DNA of 64,000 bases from Podarcis liolepis (Eukaryota): NCBI GenBank assembly GCA_965112155.1, contig OZ218099.1. One strand, given 5' to 3'. Under the pieces are notes generated by a model that searched no databases, was not told the DNA's origin, and worked only from the letters and a program-made list of their open reading frames with translations. A program made the translations under genes and the position numbers. Below are positions 53,401-64,000 of the stretch, piece after piece. Positions within the stretch are counted from its first letter, which is position 1, and each line of letters begins with the position of its first letter.

Positions 53401-56400
53401 CCACTAGTGAATGTGGCCCCCAGGCTGCTGAAAAAGGTCCCCCAACTCTATAAAACCAACAGGGTGGCCAGAGATGTAAGCACTGCTAAAGAACAGCAGC
53501 AACATGTCAGGTGAAATAATGCCAAGTGAAAAGGGAGCAATATCCCTCCTACCCTGTCCGACATGTGGCATGCGTGTGAGAAAAATGCACCAGAAGATGG
53601 AAAGCAAAGCTGGCAATGGCTTCCAAGAACTGGAGGACAGAGAACTTGCTTAAGGGACTACCCCAGAGTGTGTTTGTGCTATACACTCTAGAGCATAACA
53701 TCTATAGCATCTGCTGTGTCTATAGTATAGATCAGGTGTTGTCAACCTGGTCCCTACCGCCCACTAGTGGGCGTTTCAGGATCCTAGGTGGGCGGTAGGG
53801 GGTTCTACGGCACAAGCTGAATCCTCCTTCCATCAAGCACTGGTGGGTGGTATGGAAATTTTACCATCAAGAAAGATGCATTAGTGGGTGCTAGGTATAA
53901 AAAGGTTGACTACCCCTGGGATAGATATTAACATCTCAATCCAACTATTATATGATAGGAAGATCCACTGATGGCAGGTCACTTCCACAGAACTGCAGTG
54001 TATCAAGCAAAGTATGGAATTATTTCTTCTGAATTAGCTGGACTTTCATCTACTTTTCTAATAGAGTTCATCTTCTGCTATTGCAATGCAAATGCAGATT
54101 TGTGAGACTAGCCACCTACGTGACTCGTGGAACATTTGGGGACCTAAAGTGAAAAAGAATTAAGTAACAACCTTTCAAGCATCACTTACGAAAGGGACGT
54201 GAGGGTGAATTAAAAAAAGTAATACCCAAAACTGTCCTAACTAACGGAAAAGTGCACACCTCCAATATGACCTGAGAACAGTTCATAAAGATGCAGCTGA
54301 TTTAGAAGAAAAGTAGTTATGGTATATCCAGAGAGTATAGTAGCATGACAGAGCCACAAACATGCATAATATTTCCAACTATTAAGTAAGTGAGCTCTAG
54401 TTAACTGCATTCAAGCTTCTCAAAAAACAATCCCTTGCTAGCAATGTGAAATAAGTTCAATGCTTACGGTTTCTCTGGTTGGACCACTGCAATTTTCTTT
54501 TCCTTGTTCACTGTAAGCCAAGGTGAAAGTCAATGAATAACCAGTGTATCATTTAAAAAGTTTTCCAATGATAACACACACTTTTTATTTTATAATCTTC
54601 TGTAAGCAGAATTTCAACATTTACATAGTCAAGCTACAGATAATGGTCATGTTTCATCACCACCTGGGGAATTGAGACCCAACTTTCTTGTGAAACTTGA
54701 AGAGATGAGCAAAGAACCAAACACGGGAAAATCCCTGAACTTTCAAGTGCAAACACACAGGCTTTTCAGTTTCCTAAGCTTACAAACAGGCATTTCTCCA
54801 ACTTCAAGGGTACTCTAAAACTACATGCAACGGCTTGCACATTGCCCATCTACTGCTGCTCCAAGTAACCCCAAAAGGCTGCCTTGCTACTAAGCTCTAG
54901 TGAGTTCTAGATTCTCAAAGTATTAATCAAAAATGTCTTAAAACCTTCCACAGTCCTTCCTCTCTAGGGACTTGCTCTTGTGCTGTTTGATAGAGCTACA
55001 GAGCGATTGTTTTACCATTGTTATGTAAGAAATGCATATATACCATAGTACTCTGAAGTACAACAATCAATTCTGCAATACATTCCACTCCATCTTGTAG
55101 TATAGTAATTGTATTAGTCATACCTACTGCCCTGCGAGGAGGTCTAAGCTGATATCCATTTGTTTCGCACCAGCCTACTGGAAATATATTCATAGATTCC
55201 ACACTCACTATGCATTCAGGGACTGGCATTTTAGAACCTGTTAAGAGACAAATGGAACACATAGCCCAAATCAATGGTTGTTGCAACTGGACGCGCAACA
55301 GAACAGAACACAACACTTGCTATAATACATATCTGTGTACCTGCACATTTGAATCAGTCATAAGTAGCATGACAGGCCCTCAAAAACGGAATCTGTCAGG
55401 AAACAAGCCTTTGGTTGTTGCCTATAAGGGTTTTATCACAAGTTGCAAAAAAATAAAACAAAACCATGGGCTGTTTTCAGAGCCATTTTTAGGAGTAAGA
55501 CTGTGTGCTGGTAAAGATTTATAATGTTCAGATAAGGCAGTGGCATTAACATGCTACATGGGGAAAGCGAACAAAATTCAAAACATCTACCTTTCAAAAT
55601 ATAACTTACTTTCCAGCTGTAGCCAGAGATAGGAATCCTTCACCTTTGTAACAGTAGCTACACAAATTTCTTCAGGATCTTGTGAGTTTACTGCCTCAAG
55701 TTTCATGTTCTCCTTAAAGCCATGGTCAGAAGTCAGCTAAAAAAGAAGAAAAAAGAAGAAAAAAACACTTAGGTGGAACATGCAATTTTAAGGGCACCCA
55801 ATTCATATACCAAACAGGAAAAACATTCAGAACAAATTAAACACAGACCATTGACGGGAATCACCAGGGATTTAAATGGTAAGTTCAAAACAATAATCAG
55901 CAAGCGGCTTCTTATAGATTACCAAGGGAATTTCAACCTGGCATTCAAAAAAAGTATTAAAAGAAGAAAAAATAATTGAATTTACAGTAGAACATGCAAG
56001 AGACTCTGCTTCAAGCCCACATCTTGTTATACTCAAGATCAAAATTAAACTGCAATAGTGGAGATACGCATACACAAAATAAGAAACCTACTTCCTGCAC
56101 AAAGGATAAATTAATTCTCACAAAGAGCCAACAAGGTGGTAAACTTGTGTCTGGGCTGTCCCACTTCAAACTAAAGTGGGTACCTACATGGTTTACTCTT
56201 GAGGGAGGATCCAAAAGGCTGCATGAAATGTTCCATGCATGCACCAGGCTTCCCCCTCCCATCAGTGTCCCTTACCAAAAAAATGCTCTGACAGGCTGAT
56301 GACTCTCTAGAACAAAATGCCACATGGCTTGAAGGGCTTGCTGTTGAAAAGCAAAATTCACTTACCCTCCCCGCCAAAGTGCTTCCCATGTGTGCAGTAA

Positions 56401-59400
56401 AAAAATCAGTAAGAATCCCGGAACACTCAAAGACTAGATTTCGGGGAGAAGGATACTAGTTGAGCCATCTTCCCGATATTCTAGGTGCTGAATTCAGCCC
56501 GCCTCCCAGAAACATTTCATCAGGTGAACCCTCACCTACACTTCAAACATTTCATATCCTGTTTGTGGCCCAAGATGCATAATGCCATTGTTTGACTCCC
56601 AAGCCATGAGATACCATCAATTCTTGCAGAATAAGTTGAATATTAAACATCTCTTTAGACTATTTTGGGACGCTTTAATTCTTTTTTCTACTATGTGGTG
56701 TGGTTAACAAGCTTTACAAACTAAGTAAAATATTCACCGTTGAATAAACACATTATATTGTGAATGCTTACCGAGGGAAAACAGCTTTGGGGAGCAGCCT
56801 CTGCTCCACACTGCTTGAGATAATCTGCCCAGTCAAAGTCTTGCCCAGGATAACCTATGAATGAGCGAACAAATGACTCTTATTTATTAATGCATTTTTA
56901 TCTTATCCTTCCTACAAAGAGGTCAGCGTAGTAGCCATGATCCTCTCCTCCATTTTATCCTCACAGCCACCCTCTTAGGTAAGTTAAACTGAGAGACAGT
57001 CTGCCAAAAGACACCCACTGAGCATCACAGTTGTGTGGGATCTATGCTAGGATCTCTCTACTCCTTGTTCAACATTTGTCTATCCCATACTGGCTTAAGT
57101 AAAAATAAGAAAAATTCCTTCCAGTAGCACCTTAAAGACCAACTAAGTTAGTTCTTGGTATGAGCTTTCGTGTGCATGCACACTTCTTCAGATACACAGA
57201 CAAGAAGTGTGCATGCACATGAAAGCTCATACCAAGAACTAACTTAGCTGGTCTTTAAGGTGCTACTGGAAGGAATTTTTCTTATTTTAACTATGGCAGA
57301 CCAACACGGCTACCTATCTACAACTGGCTTAAGTAAGTTTGAGAATGATATGAGTAGTTCCTGAGGATACACAAATGCCTTCACATTCTCAAACTAGGCT
57401 TTTCACACTACTTGAAAAGCCTAGGCCCAATGTCTTTCCCACACCACTTTCATAGTCATTATAAGAAATCTTGCTGTTAAATTGTCCCAGTCTCTGCAAT
57501 ACGTGGAATAGAAGTGTTTTCAGAGATAAAAGTATAATGCTTCCAGTTCAACTGCTCGTATGAGAGCAGGCAAATAGACCGCATAGGCTACACACCTGGT
57601 GGAGGGCTGAGATGCAAGCCATTTTTTAGACTCCATTGCACAGGGAAAATACCAGGACTGTTGACATGACAGACGTAAGACCGGCTTGTGGTATATTCTG
57701 GTCGCAAATCATCTATTTCTACCAAAAAGTATTTATCATTAAACACCTGCAAAAAGACAAAGGAATGACTTTGAAACAAAGTTCACTTTACTAACATATA
57801 AAACTTTCTCAGTCACTGTCCTACTGCTAATAGTGGGTTGTATCAAATGTTAGTCTTATTAAGAGCAGACACATTGAAATGAATGACCATGACTAAGGTT
57901 CATTAATTAATTTCAGCAGGTCTACTCTGAGGAGGACCTAGTTGGATACAATTCTTTGTTATTTATTGGCTAGGATAGAGAGCCGTGTTCAATGTGCCCA
58001 AGGACTGAGCATGCTCAATGGGGAGTTAACTAGTTTTCTTTGAACAGCCCGCCCGCCCACATGAAATCCTACACACGTCAATTTCAAAAGTAATCTGTCA
58101 TGAGGAATGGGAGAAATACAACCCTGAAAAGCTCTTTGAGCATGTGGAACCTCATGCTTGTAAAGTACCTCAAACATGATCAGAACCTTGAAGCGTTTAA
58201 AAAGGAGGATATAGCGAAGTGGGAACATGCTCAGGACAAACATTCCACATTTATATAGGAAGAAGCAAGACAAAAAGGGCAACAGGAGATCTTAGGCTTC
58301 TCAAGAAATAAAGTCAGAAAAATCAAGAATTTGAACTGGATTATGTATGGAAAAGTCAAATCACTACGACACCAAGAAAGTTTAATAAACAGTAATTAAC
58401 ACCGTCTTATAGAAATAGAATAAATAAATAAATAAATAAAAACGGGCTGATTAAAACAAGGAATTCCCCCTGCTCTAGCCATATAAAGTAAAATTAAGAA
58501 GGTGGAAAAGTACACTTGATCCTATAATTCCAAGGACTCATCCCATGACAAGGATGACTCATATGAACTGTAATTAAACAAGATAAACACAATAATGAGC
58601 TGCTGAAGTTGATTAGATTGTGGGCAGCAGAGGGACTGTGTTAAATGTGTAGTTGATTCGAAGGTGGAGAAAAATGTACCTCAACAGGAATGGGACTGTG
58701 AGAATGCCATCTGAATTTCTCAAACAGATAAGCTATTTTATGTGAAAATTCTGATGAGCCATCTTAGAAGGAATAAGATATAGAAACGTAAAACATGTAA
58801 GATAAAAGGAATGTTGGGTAGGCAGAAAAAGAAAGGTTGATACTGTTGACAGAACTTATAGCTGCTCTGACAGTTTACTGCTGAGAAAATGTCAAGAATT
58901 GTGCATCTATTCTAGACATTGTCATGACACCTAGACTTGTAAGAGTTCTGAACTGAAAAGAAAGTTACTTTTACAACAAAAAAACCGAGGGGGATTGCCT
59001 ATGAACATATTTAATTTATAGCGAGTACTGCATATGGGTCATTCATTGCCATAAAATGAAATGAAAAATAAAAATGAAAAATGAAAATGAAAGAATAGAA
59101 GACCCAAAAGTGGGGACCTCATTAAGGAACTCAAGGAATCATGTCTTTATTTCCTAAGAGCACTGAGTGTACACAAAATTATATTAAAGCGAACAGGACC
59201 AGAAAGTTACCTTGCTGATGCCAAATGGGAAGATGAAAAAATAGAATATGTTTAAAATGTTACATCTTGGAGCCAGAGAACTTCAGAATATAATTGGGTA
59301 CCTTTGTAACTGTGGCTGGCGAGATGACGAAAGGAGCTTTGGGATCAACAGCTTCTAACTTCATGTTGACAGAGAACGAATGAATTCCAACAACAGGTTT

Positions 59401-62400
59401 GTCCTAAAAATGACAACACAAAAATTTTAAATTATCATTGAGGTTCTTTGTATCATTGAAACAGAAAGTTATTCAAAGTAGAAGAGATGCCTAGTATCTT
59501 CCACTAGCACAAGAGACGACATAACCTTATCCTTTAATATTTCAACAAGAATCACACTAGTTCATCCTGGCATTTCGAAAGTTATTTCACTTACAGGAAG
59601 CCAGCAAATGAAAGTTGCCAGCAATTGCTCTCTTACTAAAATGGACATTACATTTTCAGTTCAGCGAGACTGGGATTTGACATAATACTTCTCACCCAGG
59701 AATGTCTAATCTGCAGCATAATGAAGGCATTTAGAAAACTCTCCTGGTTCGCAGAGAGGCCATTTAATGTAAAAACAAAAAACCAGTCCAGGAAACTCTT
59801 GTCACTTGAAATTGAACAAAATGAACTATTCTCTAGCACAGAATAAAATAAGTATAATGTCACAGGCAATCAACCGTAACTTTGCTTGGTTGGGTTAATC
59901 TTATTTCTGAGAGGCCTGCAATTGATGTTTTCGAAAATGTGGGAGGTCACTTAAGGCAAACGTAGGTTAATGGGAAAATATACCACAGAATCAGCTTTAG
60001 CTCTATATACTGCCTTCTAGTCGAAGGACCAAATCATAGACTTCCTTTCCCCCTTTGACCTAGCAAACTAAGACCAACCTAGAGTGTCATCTGTACTGTG
60101 CCACCTAGAAACCAAGTTAAGACATAAAGAGTATGCAGTGGTACTACCTCTCTCCACAGTTATGGAGTGTGGTGCCTTTGAAAAACATGACAAAGTCAAA
60201 ACACCTTTAAGAAAGTGTTGCAAAACTCTTATTTGGTTTGGAGTTTTGTGTCTGTAGCTGAAAGAGTCAACACTGTACCCATTTTATTTGATTTTAATAT
60301 GTCATGTATATTTCAGGTGCTCGTTTACCTCAGCCTATAAGACCCAATGTGCAGAATTTCATGCAGCTTGCGCAACAGAAGGAACCGAAACCCAGTGGAG
60401 CCTACTGATGGAGGAAAGGGGATGATTTTCACTGATTCCCACTTCCCTTGCCCCCTCCCATACTATTCCAAAAGGGACCCCAACCCATAGCTGTCAACGT
60501 TTCCCTTTTTTAAAGCGAAATTCCCTTATTTCGAATAGGATTCCTCGCAAGAAACGGGAAAAGTTGACAGCTATGCCCCAACCACCCAGAACAGCTTCTC
60601 AGCGGGCGCACAACAAATGACTGAAAATCACCATCTTTCCCTGCTTTCCTCCAGCAGGAGCGTTTTGTGGGTGGAGTTCAACTGATGTGAACTCTGCATC
60701 TAGGTCTTTATATTTAACCATACCATTTGTTAAAAGCACTCAGGCCGGGTGTAGTGATCCGATAGCAAATTCCAGCTCTTGTACCTTAAAGAGATCAGTG
60801 GGAACCAAAGATTCTTCTTCCTCCTCTTTTATTTTTTCTAGGATATCCTGCCATTCTGCTTCAGTCTTCAAATGCCTAACAGCTTCAATAAAAGAATGGT
60901 AGTCTGAGTAAAGTGCCACACTTTTAAAATGAGTCCATTACACTACACGACTAAGTCAACGATCTGAAAATCAACTCAAAAGTTACAGAGAGGGTGCCAT
61001 TTCCCCTCCCCCACTGAACGCTCCCTATGAGCCCTACATTGAATGGTTTTTAAATTGCCCGCAATGCATGCTTGCATTTTCCACTGAGACTTCCTTTTAA
61101 TAGTTCTTATGCAAAATCTTTTAATTGCTTTTTTACATAAGCAGTTTGGAGATGGAGTTGGAGGGGAGGGCAAATTGCTGATAAGGAATCCTTAAACTTA
61201 TCTCCAGTTGCACTATTTGTGTGTGCCCTTGGGTTACAGGCCTAAAAGTGCATCTCCATGCCCAGAGTGTGAGCAGAACAGAGCAGAGCACAGCATGTGT
61301 ATTGCTCCAAGTTTACTCACAGACAACAAAAGAACTACCAGACTCTATGTATCTAGAGCAATTTGCCTGTTTTCATGGCAATTGTGTCTGCAGCTCAGAT
61401 AAACTTTAAGAAGAAAATGCAAAGCCTCCAGGTTTGGAACAGTCCCATGCTATTCATGTGATGTCGGCAAAGACACAGTATGATTTCTGACTAGACTGAA
61501 AGTTCCTTAAATTGAGACCACAGAATACTGTTTGAGGCTAATGAAAACAAGCCCAAGGGAAGACAAAGACAAATTCATGTATGCATGCATTCTCTCTTTT
61601 TCCTGTTCCTGCTATTTTTCCTTATTGTATAGCTCTGTGTAGCATAGCATACTAGCAAATGTCAAATCCCAGAGATTCTCTGTTTGGTCTTGTCAATATA
61701 CCCAAAACAAGAGACAGGGGTACAATATAGGGAAATTTACGTGTTTTTCTATTCTTTTAAAATAGCTGCTCTGAGCAGATGAGTCTTGTCGGCAATTCCA
61801 AAGGCAAGTACAAGTGTGTGTACGTGTGTGTATGTGTGCGTGCGCACGCCTCAGTTTTTGAGCATCTTGGAGGCCGAATGTTTTGGTTTTCGAACACCGA
61901 AAATCTGGAAGTAAATGCTTCCATTTCTGAATGCACCTCAGAAGTTGAACTTCCGAGGCGGCTTCCTGTTTGAGTTTTCCACACTTTTGAGGCTTCCGTA
62001 TTGAGTTTTCAAACGGTCTTCCAGAATGGATTCCGTTCGAAAACCGAGAAACCACTGTGTGTGTGTGTGTGTGTGAAAACACCAAAAGCTTTTCTTCTTC
62101 AGACCTTGCACTCCAAATTGAAAATGCAGTTTTATACCTAGTGGAGGTTCAAGGGTGTATCCTTGTTGAGTTGCCCAGCCCACTGGATGGAGAAAGGGAT
62201 CCAAATAGAACATCCATAAGTCATACTGATCTAAATCTTCGAGTCCTTCATAACGTAGTTTGAGCCTTCCACCAACATTGTCCAAAACATTGACTATCCA
62301 AGCTCCTAGAGAATCATTCAAGTGCTGACATTCTAGTCTTGAACCGGGAGCAATGAGATCCAAGGGATTATTCCCTCGATGGAGCTGTGGAGGAAAGTGG

Positions 62401-64000
62401 AAAAAGGAAGATAAATGGTAAGCTGTCCAGTCACCTGCCTTGAAAAGCTATCAAGACAAAATATCCATCTTCATTGCTTATGCTGAGTTATACGCAGGCA
62501 TCAACTATGAATACTGTTGGTTCAGCTAACGAGTTTTCAGGAATTCTGGCAAGATGTGGAAACGTAGTCCTATTTCCTATTCACGGCACTGCAGCTTCCA
62601 TTTAAAAGCTTGATAGGCACACAGTTAAGATCATGGTAATTTGTAATTCATATAGGGAGCAGGAACCAGCATTTGTCTTCATGCTTTCTTAACAAGCGAT
62701 TTCAAAAACAATTTGGGGCTGGAAAAAATGACCTACTGTTTTCTTTAAAAATGCTTACGCATCTTTATAAGGGAAAGATTAGCAAATACTATTGGTTGCA
62801 CTTGTTTTAGGAAGCCCACCTCTGCCATATTGACTCTCGATAAATATATTGTTATGCACTCTATCCATACAGTCAGATCTACTTTCTCAGCCTTCTGTCT
62901 TTGTGATGCTAGTGCCTATGACACAGGTGTACCCTCTGCCAGGTTTGTGATTACTGTGGAAGGACAAGGAACCTGCCATTTCCTACCATCCTTCCCATTG
63001 AGACCTTGAAATCATGTCGGTGGTTACAGGTAGAATGGTTGGTTACCTGGGTTATCAACCTTCTCTTTAAGCGTGTACCCTTTTGAACTGGAACTCATTG
63101 GTGTTTCACCAATTTCCTCTCTTCCAGGGGGTAGCTGAGTGTCTTGTGTTTTAAACTAATTATTATGTTTTAATACTTGTATTATTTCACTAGATACCAC
63201 TGCTAGGCTGTTTTGCTGAAAGATTAGCTTCCCAAAACAGCAAAAAAAGTATAAGAAAACCTAGCAATGGAATCTGAATTCACTAATTAGCCCACATAAT
63301 CACAAATAAATAAATAATAATAATAATTTATTTATACCCCGCCCATCTGGTTGGGTTTCCCCAGCCACTCTGGGTGGCTCCCAACAAAATATTAAAAACA
63401 CAATAAAACATCAAACCTCCCTAAACAGGACAGCCTTCAGATGTCTTCTAAAAGTCAGATAGTTGTTTCCTTGACATCTGATCTCTGGCTATCTTTGGAA
63501 GCATGGGGGGAAACTTTTCCAGTTTCTACCAGAACAAAATGTTTTTCTTTTACATAAAAGCAAGAAAGCAAAATAAGTCGGCTACATCAAAAGACTTTCA
63601 CCGGAGGAAAATTACCATTTTGAAAGTGTGTAGTTTTGTTTTTTAATAAATAAATAAATAATCATTAAAGTATATTCTAAGAAGGGCCATGTCCCATTGA
63701 ATTTAACTGAATTTAGTTCTGAGAAGACATGGTTAGGATTGCTGCTTAAATTATATGTTTACATTTTATTGTGCCCTTTTAAACGTGAATCCTCAGCTGT
63801 CAGAACATTCACTTTGGTAAAGGGAAAAATGAAGTTATACCAGAAGACTATTGTAGCCGCAAAGTCTAACACAATAGGCTTTAATAGGTATTGGTTTAAG
63901 ACGTAATAAGGGCGAAGTATTTTTATTGCTGCCGATCCATGTGCACACTTACACCTTCTAGAAGAGTGGCAGGAGCACTGCATGCTCCTTTCAGAGTCTG
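44327..64000 (-). CDS. SFMBT1: Scm-like with four MBT domains 1, partial (5' exons outside the window), 17 coding exons
   Basis: In-frame exon chain with MBT repeats (MKLEAV, FPVGWC), SLED region ([17 protein letters not shown]) and SAM domain ([10 protein letters not shown]...FYQQFAN*). C-terminus and synteny with STIMATE favour SFMBT1 over SFMBT2. Confidence 0.97.
44698..44826 (-). CDS. SFMBT1: SFMBT1 exon (SAM N-half)
   Basis: [43 protein letters not shown]; 129 nt. Confidence 0.95.
45207..45421. mobile_element. Tigger-like MITE
   Basis: TA|cagtcatacctc...gaggtacaactg; body related to 29317, 50985 and 61849 copies. Confidence 0.82.
46251..46496 (-). CDS. SFMBT1: SFMBT1 exon (acidic region)
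   Basis: [11 protein letters not shown]...[14 protein letters not shown]; 246 nt. Confidence 0.95.
46635..46813 (-). CDS. SFMBT1: SFMBT1 exon (basic, NLS-like region)
   Basis: [16 protein letters not shown]...[18 protein letters not shown]; 179 nt. Confidence 0.95.
47680..47855 (-). CDS. SFMBT1: SFMBT1 exon (SLED)
   Basis: [39 protein letters not shown]...TKY; 176 nt. Confidence 0.96.
48315..48424 (-). CDS. SFMBT1: SFMBT1 exon (SLED)
   Basis: [36 protein letters not shown]; 110 nt. Confidence 0.96.
49800..49985 (+). mobile_element. 186-bp hAT MITE with perfect 8-bp TSD
   Basis: TIR caggggtagtcaacct / aggttgacaacccctg; TSD aattagac. Confidence 0.92.
50789..50928 (-). CDS. SFMBT1: SFMBT1 exon (SLED start)
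   Basis: [46 protein letters not shown]; 140 nt. Confidence 0.96.
50985..51222 (-). mobile_element. Tigger-like MITE, reverse copy of the 29317-29540 family
   Basis: TA|cagtgaaaccttggtt...aaccaaggtaccactg|TA. Confidence 0.88.
52608..52672 (-). CDS. SFMBT1: SFMBT1 exon
   Basis: [21 protein letters not shown]; 65 nt; (CT)n tract upstream. Confidence 0.92.
53733..53918 (-). mobile_element. 186-bp hAT MITE, inverted sister of 49800-49985
   Basis: caggtgttgtcaacct...aggttgactacccctg; TSD gtatagat / ggatagat. Confidence 0.92.
54468..54510 (-). CDS. SFMBT1: SFMBT1 small exon
   Basis: (V)[13 protein letters not shown]; 43 nt. Confidence 0.93.
55124..55237 (-). CDS. SFMBT1: SFMBT1 exon (MBT4)
   Basis: [37 protein letters not shown]; 114 nt. 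Confidence 0.96.
55610..55736 (-). CDS. SFMBT1: SFMBT1 exon (MBT4)
   Basis: [42 protein letters not shown]; 127 nt. Confidence 0.96.
56772..56854 (-). CDS. SFMBT1: SFMBT1 exon
   Basis: [27 protein letters not shown]; 83 nt. Confidence 0.96.
56880..57093 (-). mobile_element. Old tRNA-derived SINE (Squam3/MIR-like)
   Basis: ccattttatcctcacagccaccct...taggtaagttaaactgagagacagt body, A-rich tail on the minus strand. Confidence 0.6.
57102..57322. mobile_element. Penelope-like element terminal-repeat remnant arranged as an inverted repeat
   Basis: About 87-bp arms (57102-57188 and 57202-57288) plus gcagaccaacacggctacc tail; flanking direct repeat actggcttaagtaa at 57089-57102 and 57323-57336. 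Confidence 0.85.
57158..57195 (-). ncRNA. Minimal type I hammerhead ribozyme motif (Penelope-associated)
   Basis: GUAU-CUGAAGA-A-GUGUGC AU GCACAC-GAAA-GC-UC-AUAC: catalytic core, helix II hairpin, helix I GUAU/AUAC, palindromic AGCU helix III. Confidence 0.72.
57596..57746 (-). CDS. SFMBT1: SFMBT1 exon (MBT3)
   Basis: [17 protein letters not shown]...[18 protein letters not shown]; 151 nt. Confidence 0.96.
59302..59403 (-). CDS. SFMBT1: SFMBT1 exon (MBT3)
   Basis: [34 protein letters not shown]; 102 nt. Confidence 0.96.
60486..60575. mobile_element. 90-bp hAT MITE with perfect 8-bp TSD, nested in an older repeat (about 60345-60690)
   Basis: TIR catagctgtcaac / gttgacagctatg; TSD ccccaacc. 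Confidence 0.9.
60785..60882 (-). CDS. SFMBT1: SFMBT1 exon
   Basis: [32 protein letters not shown]; 98 nt. Confidence 0.95.
61849..62057. mobile_element. Tigger-like MITE embedded between TG-repeat tracts
   Basis: Body similar to 45207-45421; 3' end gagaaaccactg followed by (TG)n at 62056-62075; 5' TIR eroded. Confidence 0.7.
62138..62384 (-). CDS. SFMBT1: SFMBT1 exon (MBT2)
   Basis: [20 protein letters not shown]...[24 protein letters not shown]; 247 nt. Confidence 0.97.
63304..63482 (-). mobile_element. LINE (L2-like) 3' end
   Basis: (aat)n then tttatttataccccgcccatctgg..gggtttccccagccactctggg; a short sister fragment at about 45430-45475. Confidence 0.65.
63953..64000 (-). CDS. SFMBT1: SFMBT1 exon, truncated by the window end
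   Basis: [16 protein letters not shown]|gtaagt, phase 0 into the 62384 exon. Confidence 0.9.

Noticed and set aside
44327-64000. SFMBT2 identity and an intronic miRNA cluster
   Set aside because: Sequence and synteny indicate SFMBT1. The large intronic miRNA cluster is a rodent Sfmbt2 feature, and no tandem hairpin array is visible here.

Overview
Vertebrate (squamate reptile) nuclear DNA, most likely a lacertid lizard judging by the Sauria-type SINE, the BovB fragment and the MITE families. Three minus-strand genes lie in the conserved amniote order SFMBT1 > STIMATE (TMEM110) > MUSTN1. (1) SFMBT1: 17 coding exons, the first truncated by the window edge, at 44327-64000, covering MBT repeats, the SLED region and the SAM domain, followed by a long 3'UTR. 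(2) STIMATE: complete 8-exon CDS (34421 to 7289, 945 nt, 314 aa) with a CpG-island promoter and a GC-AG last intron. (3) MUSTN1: probable promoter and 3-codon first exon (MSQ, 1890-1898). Introns hold many transposon remnants (Sauria SINE, BovB, CR1, L1-like, L2, Penelope, hAT and Tc1/mariner-pogo MITEs). Most notable: the STIMATE Val-stop codons (GTA TGA) can double as a phase-0 splice donor for an in-frame STIMATE-MUSTN1 fusion; a minimal hammerhead ribozyme core lies sense in an SFMBT1 intron beside its own antisense arm; and an inverted pair of young hAT MITEs brackets two SFMBT1 exons (circRNA candidate). Gene and repeat names come from remembered sequences, not database searches. Exon boundaries were read by hand and checked for phase continuity.
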